From: Callorhinchus milii
Lineage: Eukaryota
Assembly: GCF_018977255.1 (NCBI RefSeq)
Contig: NW_024704743.1
Location: forward strand, 108,130,001-108,194,000
DNA length: 64,000 bases
Reading direction: 5' to 3'
Below are positions 13,263-26,133 of the stretch, one piece after another. Each line of letters starts with the position of its first letter. Position 1 is the stretch's first letter. The notes under the pieces were generated by a model. That model was given only the letters and a program-made list of their open reading frames with translations, did no database searches and was not told the DNA's origin. The position numbers and the translations under genes were made by a program.

Positions 13263-14344
13263 GCAGCCAATTTACGCACAGCACACAGCACCCACACAAG
13301 CCATGAAGTGAATGACCAATTTTAGCTAAGGAAATAATCTAAGAAAATAAAGAAACTTTCTGAGAGGGAATCATGCCAATCGTCCCAGGCAAATATGTAG
13401 AGTTTAATAGCTACTTGTTGGTACTTAGTGACAGGTTGGAAAGATAAACTATAGGTAAATGCACTGTAAAGCAGCCGATTAAATTGGAGCCTTTTAAATG
13501 ACCCTATTATTGAGTGTGAGGCGGTCACTTGTTTCTAATTAATTCTCACAGGATTCTCGTGCCTATCCCAGCATCATATAGGACAAAAGCTGCCACTTTA
13601 TATTTGATAAGGTCTTGACAGACCTCTCTGTGTTTTGGATTTGATTGAGTCAGTTAGTATGTCAGCATACTGAATAAGTCAATTTGCTGTGCCATTTCAC
13701 TGTGAGATACATAGAGCCATATTCAGGTCTCAAGTATGTTCTGAATCTAATTTTAGCAGCATTACTCAATGAGTCTACTTGAGCCACAGGCAGTAAACAA
13801 GCAGGACTGAATTTCTCTTCACACTGAAGACTTCCAGACTCCTGTAGTTCCATTTTGTCTGCATATTGAGAGGCAAACATGCAGTCGAACAAAGCTGCTA
13901 ACGTGATCTTACTGCAGCCAAGGATTGATACATCAGTCACAGGCGGGAGGACACAGAAATAATTCAGAAAGATTGAGAGAAAGACAGGAATGGGGAGGAG
14001 AAAGGCATAAAGGCATGAGGAATATAGAACATAATGATAATAATTCTTACATTTGATACAGCGGCTTTCACGTCCGAAGGACATCTGAAAGCACTTCTTA
14101 AGATTCTGTGTGAAATCTAGCGTGATGGGGAGCCAGCGATGATTACATCTCACAGTAAAAGGAGGAATTGGGGAAAAGTTACAGAAATGGGAATTAAAAG
14201 ATAAGACATGATCTAATAAACAGGCTGAATATAATAAAAATAATAATCCTTGTATTTGATATAGCACCTTATCACGTTTTCGAGATATCTCAAAGCGCTT
14301 CACAGAATATACTGTAAAGTGAATTGACTGTATATGTTGTGCAA

Positions 14345-14597
14345 AGAGAAATTTTTTCACATAGCGAGTTGTTGAGATCTGAAATGCATTGCCTGAAAGA
14401 ATAGTGAAAGCCGATTTGATTACAACTTTTAAGAGAGGAGTAGATAATTATTTGGGGAGGACAAATTTGCAGGGCTGTGGGGAGAAAGCGGGGGAGTGGG
14501 ATTGATTTGAATAGCGCTTTTCAAAAGAGCCGGCAAAGACACGATGGGCCAAATGGCCTCCTTCTGTGTTGTATAATTCTATGATTCTATGATCCTT
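14345..14597 (+). mobile_element. CR1 LINE 3' end
   Basis: TTTTTCACATAGCGAGTTGTTGAGATCTGAAATGCATTGCCTGA...GATGGGCCAAATGGCCTCCTTCTGTG and (ATTCTATG)n tail. Confidence 0.88.
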
Positions 14598-16034
14598 GGA
14601 CTCTTTTACCTTAATTTTTCTCTGAATTAAAACTTTATTCAGATCCATGAAGCCTTATAGTATTTGGCGAAGTTACTGCTGTGAACACTGACACTCTAAT
14701 CGTAAACTGAAGACCATTCAGAAAATTGTTGAAATTCAGTCTCAGTATCAAAGCTTGTTTTCTGAAGTTCTTTTTAAGAAACATGTTGCATTGGTTAAAA
14801 GGAAGATTGGCGTAAGGGAGAGCTATGCGCCCTCTCTGCAATCTTTCTCCAATGTGTTGTAACAAGTACTCAGAAGATAGTGGAGAAAGTGTGTTTGTGG
14901 AATGATCACACTGAGAGCAAGGCTGAGAACTGAGTGTGCTCCATGGCCAACACTTTGGCCTTGGGTTAAACATTCTGCGAAGGAAAAAATGCCCTCTTCG
15001 GGCAGCGTCGAGAGAATGGGGCGGAATGACCAGTGAGATAAGGGTAACAGGCACAATAATGAGAAAACACATTGCTTATTTGTAACCCATTTCTTCACAT
15101 TGTATTTTAAAGTTCAACTTTGAAATGCTCACTCTCAGAAACAAGTCCTTTGTGAACTAGCACCTCCCTTTGCGATTAAAATCTGGAATATGTACCTGCC
15201 ATTTTTCCCACTTTATAAACTTGGATTGTTGTGGTGCTGAATGCACACAGGATTCTCGAGCTGACTGGGCTCATGGCTTCAAGCGAGTGACTGTGACAAT
15301 GTTAAGGAGAGAGCTGAGCTGGTCAATAAAAATCAGATTTACCTCAGATAAAAGAACTACTGGAAGCGGAACATTTTTGATCACAGATTGCTTTGGGAAA
15401 GTCAGGCTCTTAAAACATTAAAGGATTTTAATAATAGTAACACAGTCCCAGTGGATTGATAATTAAGTACAGGTAACTGTTGCCTCTCTTCTTTCTGTGG
15501 TTAGGTTATCACATTACTGGATATTGCTGTTGTCTGTTGCCGTTGGCGGTGGCTTGTGTACAATGTGCCTCTACTGGTGTGTCAAGGTACTACAGTGCTA
15601 TGGCACTGCCACAGAAGCTGGCATCAATCCACATTGGCAAATTGTATGCACTGTGTAAAAGGCATAAAATTGAACTTAACCTTAGGTTGTGAAATATTTT
15701 TTGCCTCAGACCTTAAGACAGAAACACAGCAATGTACGACACAGGTGAACTCCATTCAGACCATATTTTCATGCCACTGTTTCATGACCAAGAAGTGGTC
15801 CATTCTAATCCCAATTCCCTGTTTGCTCTCCCTGTTGTCCTAATGCCCTTTCTCTGTATGTGCCCAGTTAGTTTTTAAACAGAGTGTATCTGTGGAAATT
15901 CTTGAATTCAGACTGTGTTTGAAAGCTGCGTTTTTTTTAAAAAAGCTACCAAAAAGCACCTTCCAAATTAAGACTGAATTGAAGAATTTATCACAGTTCT
16001 GCGTGATTTAAAATTTGAAGACAAGATGGTCTTG

Positions 16035-16252
16035 CAGAATAACTCCTTTCTCTTTTTGAATAGTGTCTTGGGATCTTTATTGCCCACCTGAACAGGTAGA
16101 CAGCATCTCAATTTAAGGTCTCATCCAAAGGATGGCACCTCCGATAATGCAGCACACCCCCAGCACTGCCTCGTCTCTTTATCACAAAGTCCTTATGCTG
16201 GTGCTTGAAACCACAACCTTCTGGCTCAGAGCCGAGAGTATAGCCAACTGGT
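16035..16252 (-). mobile_element. Deu-domain SINE, 5' half
   Basis: GGATGGCACCTCCGATAATGCAGCAC...CCACAACCTTCTGGCTCAGAG matches the family at 6699-7136. Confidence 0.78.
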
Positions 16253-17082
16253 CACCTTTTGTAACAGATTTAATGTAATAAACATTGCATTTTCATTCAC
16301 ACAATATCAAATACCAAACTGAGCCTGGCTGACACCTAACCAGTGGAGACACAAGCCCTGACTCTACATCAGTGCATCAAATACAGACTAATGACAGTGC
16401 GGGCAGCCGGGAGGCACACTATGAGGAGATACTTGACAAGAAATAAAAAAAAACTAAATGCTTTTTCTCCTTGTAAAACATAGCGCTTGAGAGAGACGTA
16501 AATAACAGCTCAAAGGTGACAAGAGAACTATTCACAAATAGTGCCTTCCAGCAAGGACCTGTCAGCAGAATAGTGAAGCTATAGTCTATTGCTTTCATTT
16601 TAACGTTATTTTCTCTCTTTAATATCCCCTCTGTGTCAGAGATGACGCCTAGCCAGAAGGATGAACCGCTCACAGACCTTGTGGAATCTGCTCTTATGCC
16701 GGCTGTTCATTCCACCACAGAGGCAAGGGCTCTCGATTTAGGTGCAGCTGGTTCTTCTAAATCAATCTAAAGAGAAGGGAGTTTCTCTCTCCCGGTGTCC
16801 TGGCCAACAATCCCCCAGGTGAACATTGATCATTTGCTTCATGGCTGTTTGCTTCCCGGCTGCATTTCTGTGTGCAAATTAGCTGCCGTGTTCACTTGCA
16901 AAATGAAGAGAATTGCCTTATAATTTAAGAGAATGTGGAATTTCTGGCCTTTGGTTTTACCAGGCAATCTGCATAGCGCTGAATTTGAGCAAGGTTTGGC
17001 TGCACACTACAACAGCAATTCAGCCTAGAAGGGGCACTGGGCAGAACTGCAGTAAATGAGATGAAAATACATATGGATCCAT

Positions 17083-17448
17083 GTGGAGTCCTGTAACTCA
17101 GTGGTTAGAGCACCCGCCTCGCAAGCGAGAGATCGAGGTTCTATTCCTGGGCAGGGCGAACTGTTGGGCAAATTTCCTTACTCCATAAGCCTCTGTTTAT
17201 CTAGCAGTAAGTAGGAACCTGGTTGTTAGTCGATTGGCTTTTCTGGGGATAATAATCCTTCAAAAAAAAACAATTCTAATTTGGTCACTCAATCCACAAC
17301 TGTTTGTCGGACACTGCTTTGTGCAATTGCCTGCTGGGTTTCACTTACAAATATGCAGTCAATTCACTTTACAGTACATTCTGTGAAGTGCTTTCAGACG
17401 TCTAGAAGATGTGAGAAGTGCTATATCAAATGCAAGGATTATTATTAT
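17083..17448 (+). mobile_element. tRNA-derived SINE, long form, full length
   Basis: GTGGAGTCCTGTA head, CORE-like block, Deu 3' block and ATCAAATGCAAGG(ATT)n end. Confidence 0.9.
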
Positions 17449-17546
17449 ATGACATGAATTTGCACACCAACACCTTGCGCACCTTGTTCATTTTCAAGAT
17501 CCTCACACTCAGATACAAATCACTTCATGCCCTAGCACCTCCCTCT

Positions 17547-17856
17547 GTGAAGTCCTGTAGCTCAGTGGTTAGAGCACTCGCTTTGCAAGCGAGAGACCTG
17601 GGTTCAATTCCCGACAGGGTGAAACCTTGAGCAAGTTTCCTTCTCCACATGCCTAATAATAATCCCACAAGAAAAAAATAATAAATTGATCGCTTCAATC
17701 CACGACTGTTTGTGGGACACTGCTGTGTGCAATTGGCTGCCGCAATTCGCCCACAAATATACAGTCAATTCACTTACAGAATATTCTGTGAAAGGCTTTG
17801 AGATGTCTGGAAGACGTAAAAAGCGCTATATCAAATGCAAGGATTATTATTATTAT
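17547..17856 (+). mobile_element. tRNA-derived SINE, short form with older-type tail, nested in an old L2 fragment (~17490-18145)
   Basis: Internal deletion junction GCCTAATAATAATCCC is present; tail is GATGTCTGGAAGACGT; L2-like sequence (FKILTL...HALAP / LWNSLPQSL) lies on both sides. Confidence 0.88.
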
Positions 17857-20505
17857 CTCTCAAACCCCATTCCTCTACTTGCCCCCATTTGCTTGGCTAA
17901 CTCCAGCCTTCTGCACCTCTCTCATCCCCTCAACTATCAGCAGTTGTGCTTTCAACCACTATGCCCCGACCCTCTGGAACTCCCTACCTCAATCCCTCTG
18001 TGTTGCCTCTCTTTGCCCATTTTCACGTCACACCTTCCTCATTGACTGTGCCTACAGTCAACTCCCTTTTCTTCCTGATTTGGCATCAATCTCTGCCATT
18101 GTTAAGCGCTCTGAGATGCTACCCTGTGTGAAGGGTGTTATATATAGAGTCTCTCAGAGTCTCAGCAGCTACTGCAGAACCATTATTTTCAGTGACTGCT
18201 TTTGTTTGTTCAGCGGGGCATGACATTCAGTATGTGATCCTTTAGTTTTGTGCAACTTGTGTGATCGTGCCCTTTCCACCCACTTTATTAGCAAATTCTT
18301 CTGTTAACCAACTGCTAACTAGCCAATTTGCCTACTGACCAACTCGTGATTATATGTTTGGATCAAATCAACCCACTGTGGTATTTTCTGAGCCAAGTGA
18401 GTCAGCCTAGCTCATCGGCAGGACCCGGAAGAGCAGTCACTGGGGGCAGGAATTCTTTCCACTCAAATCCTGTTAACCCTGCATGCCAAAGCCCTAACAG
18501 GTAGGATGGTCCTAGTTGGACAAGCAGCGAGAAGCTTGCCAGACAGGGTTCTCAAAGACAATTTCTATGGTTTCAGCTGCTTATACTCTGTAACAATACA
18601 CCAACACAAGCCCTGTGGTCCCCAAGCCTTGACTCTCACCAACATGCACCTAATGACTTCAGAATTAGGTAATTCAACATAACAATGTGGAATTCTCTGT
18701 CTAGTTTGGATACTCTTAAGCATGGTGATGGATTTCCTCATGTTTCAATTACCTGGCAAAAAATTATTAGTTCAGCTTGAGCGTAGCAATTAAATGGACT
18801 GCAAACAAATTATTGGTTATAGTGTAATATCAGGAGATACTAGGGGCTTCTCCCTCCTAAATGAAAAAACAAGTGAATGCATTTACCTAGCAGCCAAGTG
18901 GCACCTTTTAAATAAATGTGTTTTACATGCGGATTAAGGCATGGGTTGTGAAATAACAATAGAGAATGCAGAGGATAAAAAAAAGCCAGGAATTCAAACA
19001 GCAGCCAATATTTTACTGTTTTAATATAACACCAACAAAAACCAATAAAATAGTATGCTGCCATAGATATGTCTTTCTGTCTATTGTTTGAAAAAATTGG
19101 AAGGAGGGGGACATTGTGTAACATCGACAAAAGTATCTGTTAAAAGTAACTACCTGAATCTATTATTTCAAATAAAACAGAGTCACATAAAGTGAATAAT
19201 ACACTTGGGCTTTCCTGACAGCTCAGCTTATAGAGCTTCTAGTGTCTAGTTTTTAGTATTTCTTAATGGGATTCCTTAACAAGCAATCTGAGTCTCACAA
19301 ATGATGGATTCCATCCAGTAACTAAAAGTAGGTCACAACAACCCAGGAGAACGCAATCCAACCCAATCTGTATCCAGAATGGGGTTCCCATTATGGGAAT
19401 TCTTCATTAGGGAATCCCGTTCAGAAATAGCACAGGATGCACCCCAGACTTTCATATGGACTTTCCAAATGGAAGTCCCAGCTTTGATCTGAGTCAGGGC
19501 AGAAGGAGGAGAGTTGCAATCTCACACAAACCCAGGTTACTGCTCCTGATCGCTCTGCAGTGGAAAATTATCAAAGGAGGACAGGTCCGCAGCTGGCTGT
19601 AATGCCGCTGGAGTTGCGTAATCTGCAAACACTCACGGTTTGGGCTCGCAGATGAAGAATGGTGATTTATTAGGGTCCCTCAGGGCATTGAGTACCAGTG
19701 AACAGCACCTAAACACGAGCCAGTGCCTTGAGAAGAGGAACAGAAGTAAATTGGAGATAAGAGAAGAAATGAGTAAGGTGAAAAATACAACAATTGATGA
19801 TGGATTTGATAATACATTCAAAGACTGTGCTTTTGACCCCAGAATGCAGAATGGGAGCTCTCCACCTGTGTAATCTTCCCCTTAGTTAACCAATATATTA
19901 TAGTGCATGTGGTCAAGAGAGCAGGGCCTAATTCTGCTCTCAAAACATCCATTAAATAGGGTGTATGAGAGTAGCTCGCCTTCTCCTAGACTCCCTCCAC
20001 GAGGAGCAATGTTGGCCACTACTCAACTATCCATCATATCTCCCATGATGAGCAAGGAATTGTATCTCATGCTAATGGGACCTGGATTGGAGCATGGGGA
20101 CCGTCAAGCATAAACCTATTGCTCCTAAGACCCTCGCTCCATGCCTGAAAGAAATATTCAGCCAATGTCACTCACATTAGCATGCCTTATAAAATAGCAT
20201 ACGGATAGCACTTCAATAAATTCTCCCTGTCTTGAAATCAACATTATTATCAGAATCAACTTGGGCAAAGGATAAGCAGCAAAACTGGGCCCTGGTTAAG
20301 TGGCTTACATGGCCAGAACTGTGGATGTGAGGATTCACAAGGATTACCAGGATTAAGCCATGCAGCCCATGTTAAATCTTCAGAGCCTCCCAGAGGATTA
20401 CTACAGAACAGCATTGGCAGAAGCAGATTTTCTCTCCATTCTGTCCAGCCAGTGACATGCCTGTGCCATATGGCAGCCCAACAAAGAGCAAAGATATATA
20501 ACTTA

Positions 20506-21733
20506 AACAACAGCAACTTGCACTTATATAGAGCCCTCCACGTGGGGTAGCGTCTCAGAGCCTTAACGGTGGGAGAGCCTGACTCCGAGCCAGGGGTGGG
20601 GGGGAGGTGGCTGTAAGCACGGTCGAAGAGGAAAGTTTTCAGTTGGGACTTGAAAGAGAAAAGAGGTAAGGTGGTGGGATTGAGGGAGAGCGTTCCATAG
20701 TTTCGGGGTATAGTGACTGAAAGCGTGACTCCTGATGGTGGGGCTGAGGGCGCGAGGGACGAGCAAGAGGTCGATGCTAGTTGAGTGGAGGCGCCGGGTG
20801 GTGGACTGGGGAGTGAGGAGGTCAGAGAAATAGGGCAGTGCCAGAGAGTGAATGGATTTGAACATGTGTGTGAGTATCTTGAAGTCGATCTGTTCGGTGA
20901 GGGGAGCCAGTAGAGCCTGGCCAGAACTGATGAGATATGGGTATGGAGTTTGGTACTGGTTAGTATGCAGGCGGCAGAGTTCTGAATGAGCTGGATCTTT
21001 TGAATGGTGGAGCTGTGGAGACCGGCGAGGAGTGCATTTGAGTAATCCAAGCGGGAGGTGACAAACGCATGCACGAGAGTTTCGGCTGCATTTGGGATAC
21101 GGTACGGTCAGAGATGGGCAATGTGGCGGAGCTGGAAGAAGACAGCCCTGGTTAGTGACCGGATGTGGGGGAAGGAAGGACAGCTGCGGGTTGAACCGGA
21201 CACCTTAATTGTGCACTGATTCGGTGAGTCTGAGGGAGAGCCCAGGGAGCTTGAGGAGTTTAGATCAGCAGGAGTGAAGGTGTTGATGGGAGCCATGGAG
21301 TATGGCCCATATTCCGCTGCATCCAGGCCTTGGTGTTTACGCTCATCCAGGCCTTGGTGTTTGCCAGATAAGCTGATAGAACATCAGTGGACCTGGTATT
21401 GGTACTGGAAGAGGCAAAGTAGATTTGTGTGTCTTCCGCATACATGTGGAAGTTTACCCCGTGTATGCAGATGACATCGCCCAGAGGGAGCATACAGATA
21501 TGGAAAAGTGGAGGGCCAAGGATGGAGCCCTGGGGTACCCCGCAGGTGACCGGGGGGGACGGGAGGAGAAATCATTTGCTGAGATGAAATGGAGGCGGTT
21601 GGTTAAGTAGGACTTGAACCATGTGAATGTGGTCCCACTAAGGTGGTTGAGGGAGGAGAGGCGGTGGAGGAGGATGGCATGGTCGACTGTGTCAAACGCG
21701 GCAGAGAGATCCAGGAGGACGAGGAGACAGAGA
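20506..21733 (-). mobile_element. L2 LINE fragment with degenerate reverse-transcriptase domain
   Basis: [37 protein letters not shown] (decayed YADD) and HAFVTSRLDYSNALL occur in different frames; internal deletion and frameshifts. Confidence 0.93.
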
Positions 21734-22179
21734 AAATGTTGTTTAACTTCACAATAGAGGGAACACAGAAAGAGAATGGTTTGCTTTTGATTTCCTATAT
21801 TCAAAAAACAAAAGCTTTATTGCAGCTGCTTTGATGTTTTCGTTCAATGGGATGTTGAGCTTAACTGAAAAGAAAGCAGATGAAGATATGACAGTTTGAA
21901 ACCATATTAATAAAAACAGCATGGCTTCCAGCCTGAGATTAAAAATGATGAAGGAAAGAATAGAGTAATCACATCAAAGGACATCTTTGATAGGGGCCAG
22001 TTAATCTAAGTACCAATTTCCGAAATTCATTCATTCTTTAACACAATTGCTCACTCCATGAACTGATCATTATAGCTTATTCAGAAAAGTATTCTGTTAA
22101 CATAAAACATATAACCCCCGCACCCCCCTCAGCCCTTTGTAAAGCCCTTTGAGATGTTCTCCTCATATGCTGTATATTA

Positions 22180-22465
22180 ATGATAATCCTTGCATTTTGC
22201 ATTTGATATAGCGCCTTTCACAATGGGAAGATGTCTCAAAGCCCTTCACTGGATATTCTATAGACAAAAACAGCAGCTAATTTCCAGACAACAAACAGCC
22301 ATGAAGTAATGACTAATTTTAGTTGGGGAATTGTTGGCCAGGACACTATGAGAAACTCACTTCTCTTTTCGAATGGTGCCATAGGATCTTTAACGTCTAC
22401 CTGAATGGGCAGACTGGAGCTCAGTTTAGGACAGCACATCTGACAATGTAACACTCTCTTAGTAT
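22180..22465 (-). mobile_element. Deu-domain SINE, degraded
   Basis: Tail TAATCCTTGCATT and Deu motifs (GGATCTTTAACGTCTACCTGAA). Confidence 0.75.
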
Positions 22466-22467
22466 TT

Positions 22468-22794
22468 GTGGAGTCCTGTAGCTCAGTGGTTAGAGCACTC
22501 GCTTTGCAAGCGAGAGACCTGAGTTCAATTCCATGCAGGGCGAAACCTTGGGCAAGTTTCCTTACTCCACACGCCTAATAATAATCCCTCCAAAACCAAA
22601 AACAATAATTAAATTGGTCATTTTCAATCTATGACTGTTTGTGGGACATTGCTGTGCGCAATTGGCTGCCGTGTTCGCCCACAAATATACAGTCAAACTC
22701 ACTTTACAGTATATTCTGTGAAGCGCTTTGGGACGTCCTCCCGACGTGAAAAGTGCTATATCAAATGCAAGGATTATTATTATTATTATTATTA
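22468..22794 (+). mobile_element. tRNA-derived SINE, short young form, full length
   Basis: Nearly identical to 38484-38799, 42256-42566 and 61856-62183; tail GGGACGTCCTCCCGACGTGAAAAG, then (ATT)n. Confidence 0.95.
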
Positions 22795-23337
22795 CACTGG
22801 AGTGTCAATTGGACCTTATTAAAAACAAAAAGTGGAATGAAACGTTTATGAACAGTAAGACCCCAATCTCACCGACCTCTGAACCAAATTGAATATTCAA
22901 CCAACATTTGAATGCCAATTGGTGCTGCTTAAGTGCAGCTTTTTGTTGACAGCCAGCATCTCCCTCAACCAAGAATGGATTGACACCTACCTGCAAGAAT
23001 ACCACAGCATTAGAGAAATACCCTTGAACTGTTCACTTAGCCTTGAAAAAAATCTTTATTGCAAATCGTTCCAAATGAATCATATTGATTTTCATCATTT
23101 TATTTTCCAGGAGCTTTGTAACGCTGTCCCACATGACGTGGACTATTTATCTATAGTGCGAAAGAAAGAAATCAGCACTGGGTCCCTTAAGTACATTAAA
23201 GCATTTGTGTGTGTAATTTTCTAATAATCTAATCAAGGATAGGGAGTGCGGCTGATAGGCAACACCACAGGAGCTGGCTGTGCTGGTATTACTCTGAAAT
23301 CACAAGAATGGCTTTAACAGTTTAACCATAGATGTAT

Positions 23338-23698
23338 TCTGAGGGATTTTAACAGGGTGAATAGGAAGAAGCTATTTCCATTGTAGGAGAATCAGTGACT
23401 AGAAGACATAGATATAAGATTGTCACAAAAAATGAAAGGAAATCCAGAAGAATTTATTTTCATGCAGAGAGTTGTTGGGATGTGGAATACCATGCCAAGT
23501 ATGGTGGTAGAAGCAGAGTCCATTATGGATTTCAAGAGGGAAGTAGACAGGTAGGTACATGAAGCTAAAGACTTGAAGGGGTGTGGGGATAGGGCGGGGC
23601 AGTGGGATTGAATGGACAGCTTGCTCTGAGAGCAAGTGGAGACTTTACGGCCAATGGCCTCATTCTGCACTGTAAATTTCCATGGCTCTATGATTCAT
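23338..23698 (+). mobile_element. CR1 LINE 3' fragment
   Basis: TTTTCATGCAGAGAGTTGTTGGGATGTGGAAT...GGCCAATGGCCTCATTCTGCACTG...CTATGATTC. Confidence 0.85.
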
Positions 23699-24104
23699 AC
23701 AGGACAGGAGCATGGCCATCAGGCTTATTCTGTTCAAGCTGACTCTTTGAAAGTGAAACACACACAGTCTAATTTATCTGGCTTTTAAAAGGGTGTTTCA
23801 TCATTTTATTGGATCATGCCTCATCTGCAACATAACACCATATCTTTCGACCACCCTCACTCACTACATTTTATAGTAAATCCTGTGAAACACTTTGAGA
23901 CATCCTCCTGACATGAAAGGTGCTTTACCAAATGTAAGGATCATTATCATTACTATTACCTCTGCCCACCAAATATTGATCTAACTGTCTCTTACATATT
24001 TCAGTTGACCCGACATCTACAACAGCAACTTTTATATAGCGCCCTTCACGTGAAGTAGAGTCCTAGAGCACTTGATAGTGGCGGAGTCTGACCCCGAGCT
24101 ATAT

Positions 24105-24465
24105 AACCATTTGTGATAGTGATTTCCATATTTCCATAACCCTTTGTGTGAAAATATGTTTTCTGATTTCACTCTGAATTCATTGTTTCCCCCCATATCC
24201 CTACAAATTACATGGTTACAATATCTATCTAGTTGCCTTTTTAAATCTAATATAGATTCTGCCTTGACCACCATAACTTCCAGTACATTCCACATCTTAA
24301 CAAATCTCTGCGTAAAAAAAAATCCTCCTGATGTACCTCTTTGCTTCTTTGTTGATTGTCTTAAATTGATGCACTCTAGTCACTCATCCACTCACTCACA
24401 GAATAGTGGAAATAGTTTCTCCCTTTTGACTGTATCAAAAGTCCTCAGAATTTTAAAGACCTCAA
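24105..24465 (-). mobile_element. CR1 LINE fragments
   Basis: Minus ORF MWNVLEVMVVKAESILDLKRQLDRY resembles the CR1 ORF2 end; degraded and rearranged. Confidence 0.72.
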
Positions 24466-24774
24466 TCTTCTGTGTTCCAGTTCCCCCAATCGTTTTTCAT
24501 AGGTCAAACCTCTCATCTCTGGTATCATCCAAGTCCATCTCCTCTGTACACTTTACCCTTTATCCTCTGTCCTCTGTCAGAATCTAGATAGATCAATAGA
24601 ACAAACTGTAACAGTGATTTCTCTCCCCTGCTCAGTATTCTCACCCCTTCTCAAGATGATGACTCTTCTAGGGTATGGATGCACAGGTGTCAACTGTCTT
24701 CTGGTATCACACCAAAGTTGGCATAACTAGACAGTCATTACCGCACACCACAAGACAATGCTGTGTATCACATG

Positions 24775-25010
24775 TGTCATCTTGGCTCAGTTGGTAAAAT
24801 TCCCGTTTCTGAGTCAGAAGGTTGTGGGTTCAAGACCCATGTCAGTACTTTGAACTCACAGTCTCGGCTTTTTCTCCAATGCAGTGATGGGGGAGTGCTG
24901 TTTTGTTAGAGGTATTCGACTTTCAAATGAAACTTTTAACTGAGGTCTTACCTGTTCAGATGGATGTTAAAGATCCCTTGGTACTATTCAAAGAGAGAAG
25001 GCATTTTCTC
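24775..25010 (+). mobile_element. Deu-domain SINE, 5' half (abuts an inverted copy at ~25010-25120)
   Basis: TGGCTCAGTTGGTA...CTGAGTCAGAAGGTTGTGGGTTCAAG head and Deu block. Confidence 0.82.
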
Positions 25011-25231
25011 CCAGAACACAAGGAGAAACTCTCTTCTCTTTTCGAATAGTGTCATAGGATATTTAACGTCTGCTTGTACAGGCAGATGGGACCTCGGTTT
25101 ACCTTCTCACCCGAAGGACGAGACGTTACTTTCCAGGAGAAATCACTGATGATTACCTGGGGTGGGAATTCTGATTTATTATCCTCCTCTTTAAGAATAA
25201 GATATATTAAGAAAGAAATACAATAAGATTA

Positions 25232-26133
25232 TGCTTGTCAGACATCACGTCCTGGATGAGAGCCAACTTTCTACAATTGAACGTCAGCAAGACCAAAGCC
25301 CGCCTGATTGGCTTGCACCAGCGCCTCCATACCTCAGACACTAGTAGAAACAGCATCCACGGATCCACACTCCACCTCACCAAGTCAGTCAGGAACCTAG
25401 GTGTCCTGTTTGACCCTCAACTGTCCTTTCTCCCCCACATCTGTGCGATGACTCGCTCTGCCTTCCCCCAACTCCACAACGTTATCCGACTCTGCCACTG
25501 CCTCATCCCTCAGGCCGCCGAAACCCTCATAAATGCCTTCATTACAACCAGGCTTGACAATGTCAATGCACTGCTTGTCGACCTTCCCAACTCTTCCCTC
25601 TACAAGCTGTGGATTGTCCAGAACTTTGCAGCTCGTGTCCTCCCCTGCACCAGGCTCCATGACCTCCCCTCCCCTGGCTCCACTGGCCCTCAGAGGATCG
25701 AGTTCAAAATTCTTGTGCTCACCTTCAAGTACCTCCATGGCCTAGTCCCTTTCTACCTCTCCGACCTGCTTATCAACCTGTCCACTCCCTCCGGCCTGCT
25801 CCGGGTCCCCCGTCCATCCCGTCCCACCATCGGCTATCAGGCCTTCAGCTCCTCTGCCCCCGCCCTCTGGAACTCCATCCCACATTCCCTTTGCCTCGCT
25901 CCCTCCTCCCTCCCTTGCCTCCTTCAAGGCATACCTCAAGACCTTCCTCATTGACTGTGCCTTTGGCCATCCCTCCTACCCCCACACTTCCTGCCCTCCA
26001 CCTTCGCTGATCCCAACTCCCCCCCCCCCCCCCCCCCCCCCCCCTGCCACACCACCGCTTGGCTCCTAATCCCTGACTGTTCAGTGCCTTGGGATGCCTT
26101 CCTGACATGAAAGGCGCTTTCCAAATGTAATTT
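25232..26133 (+). mobile_element. L2 LINE 3' fragment
   Basis: ORF 25235..25954: LSDITSWMRANFLQLNVSKTK...[14 protein letters not shown]...RLDNVNALL; a C26 run at 26019-26044 lies in the 3' UTR. Confidence 0.93.

Noticed and set aside
13662..14360. 232-aa minus-strand ORF
   Set aside because: Runs through antisense CR1, SINE tails and compositionally unremarkable DNA; no domain recognised.
22468..22545. tRNA-Ala genes
   Set aside because: tRNA-like heads continue directly into SINE bodies with no terminator and vary between copies; they are SINE heads.
26019..26044. C26 homopolymer as a functional G-quadruplex element
   Set aside because: It lies in the C-rich L2 3' UTR; likely a local expansion, and homopolymer length is error-prone.
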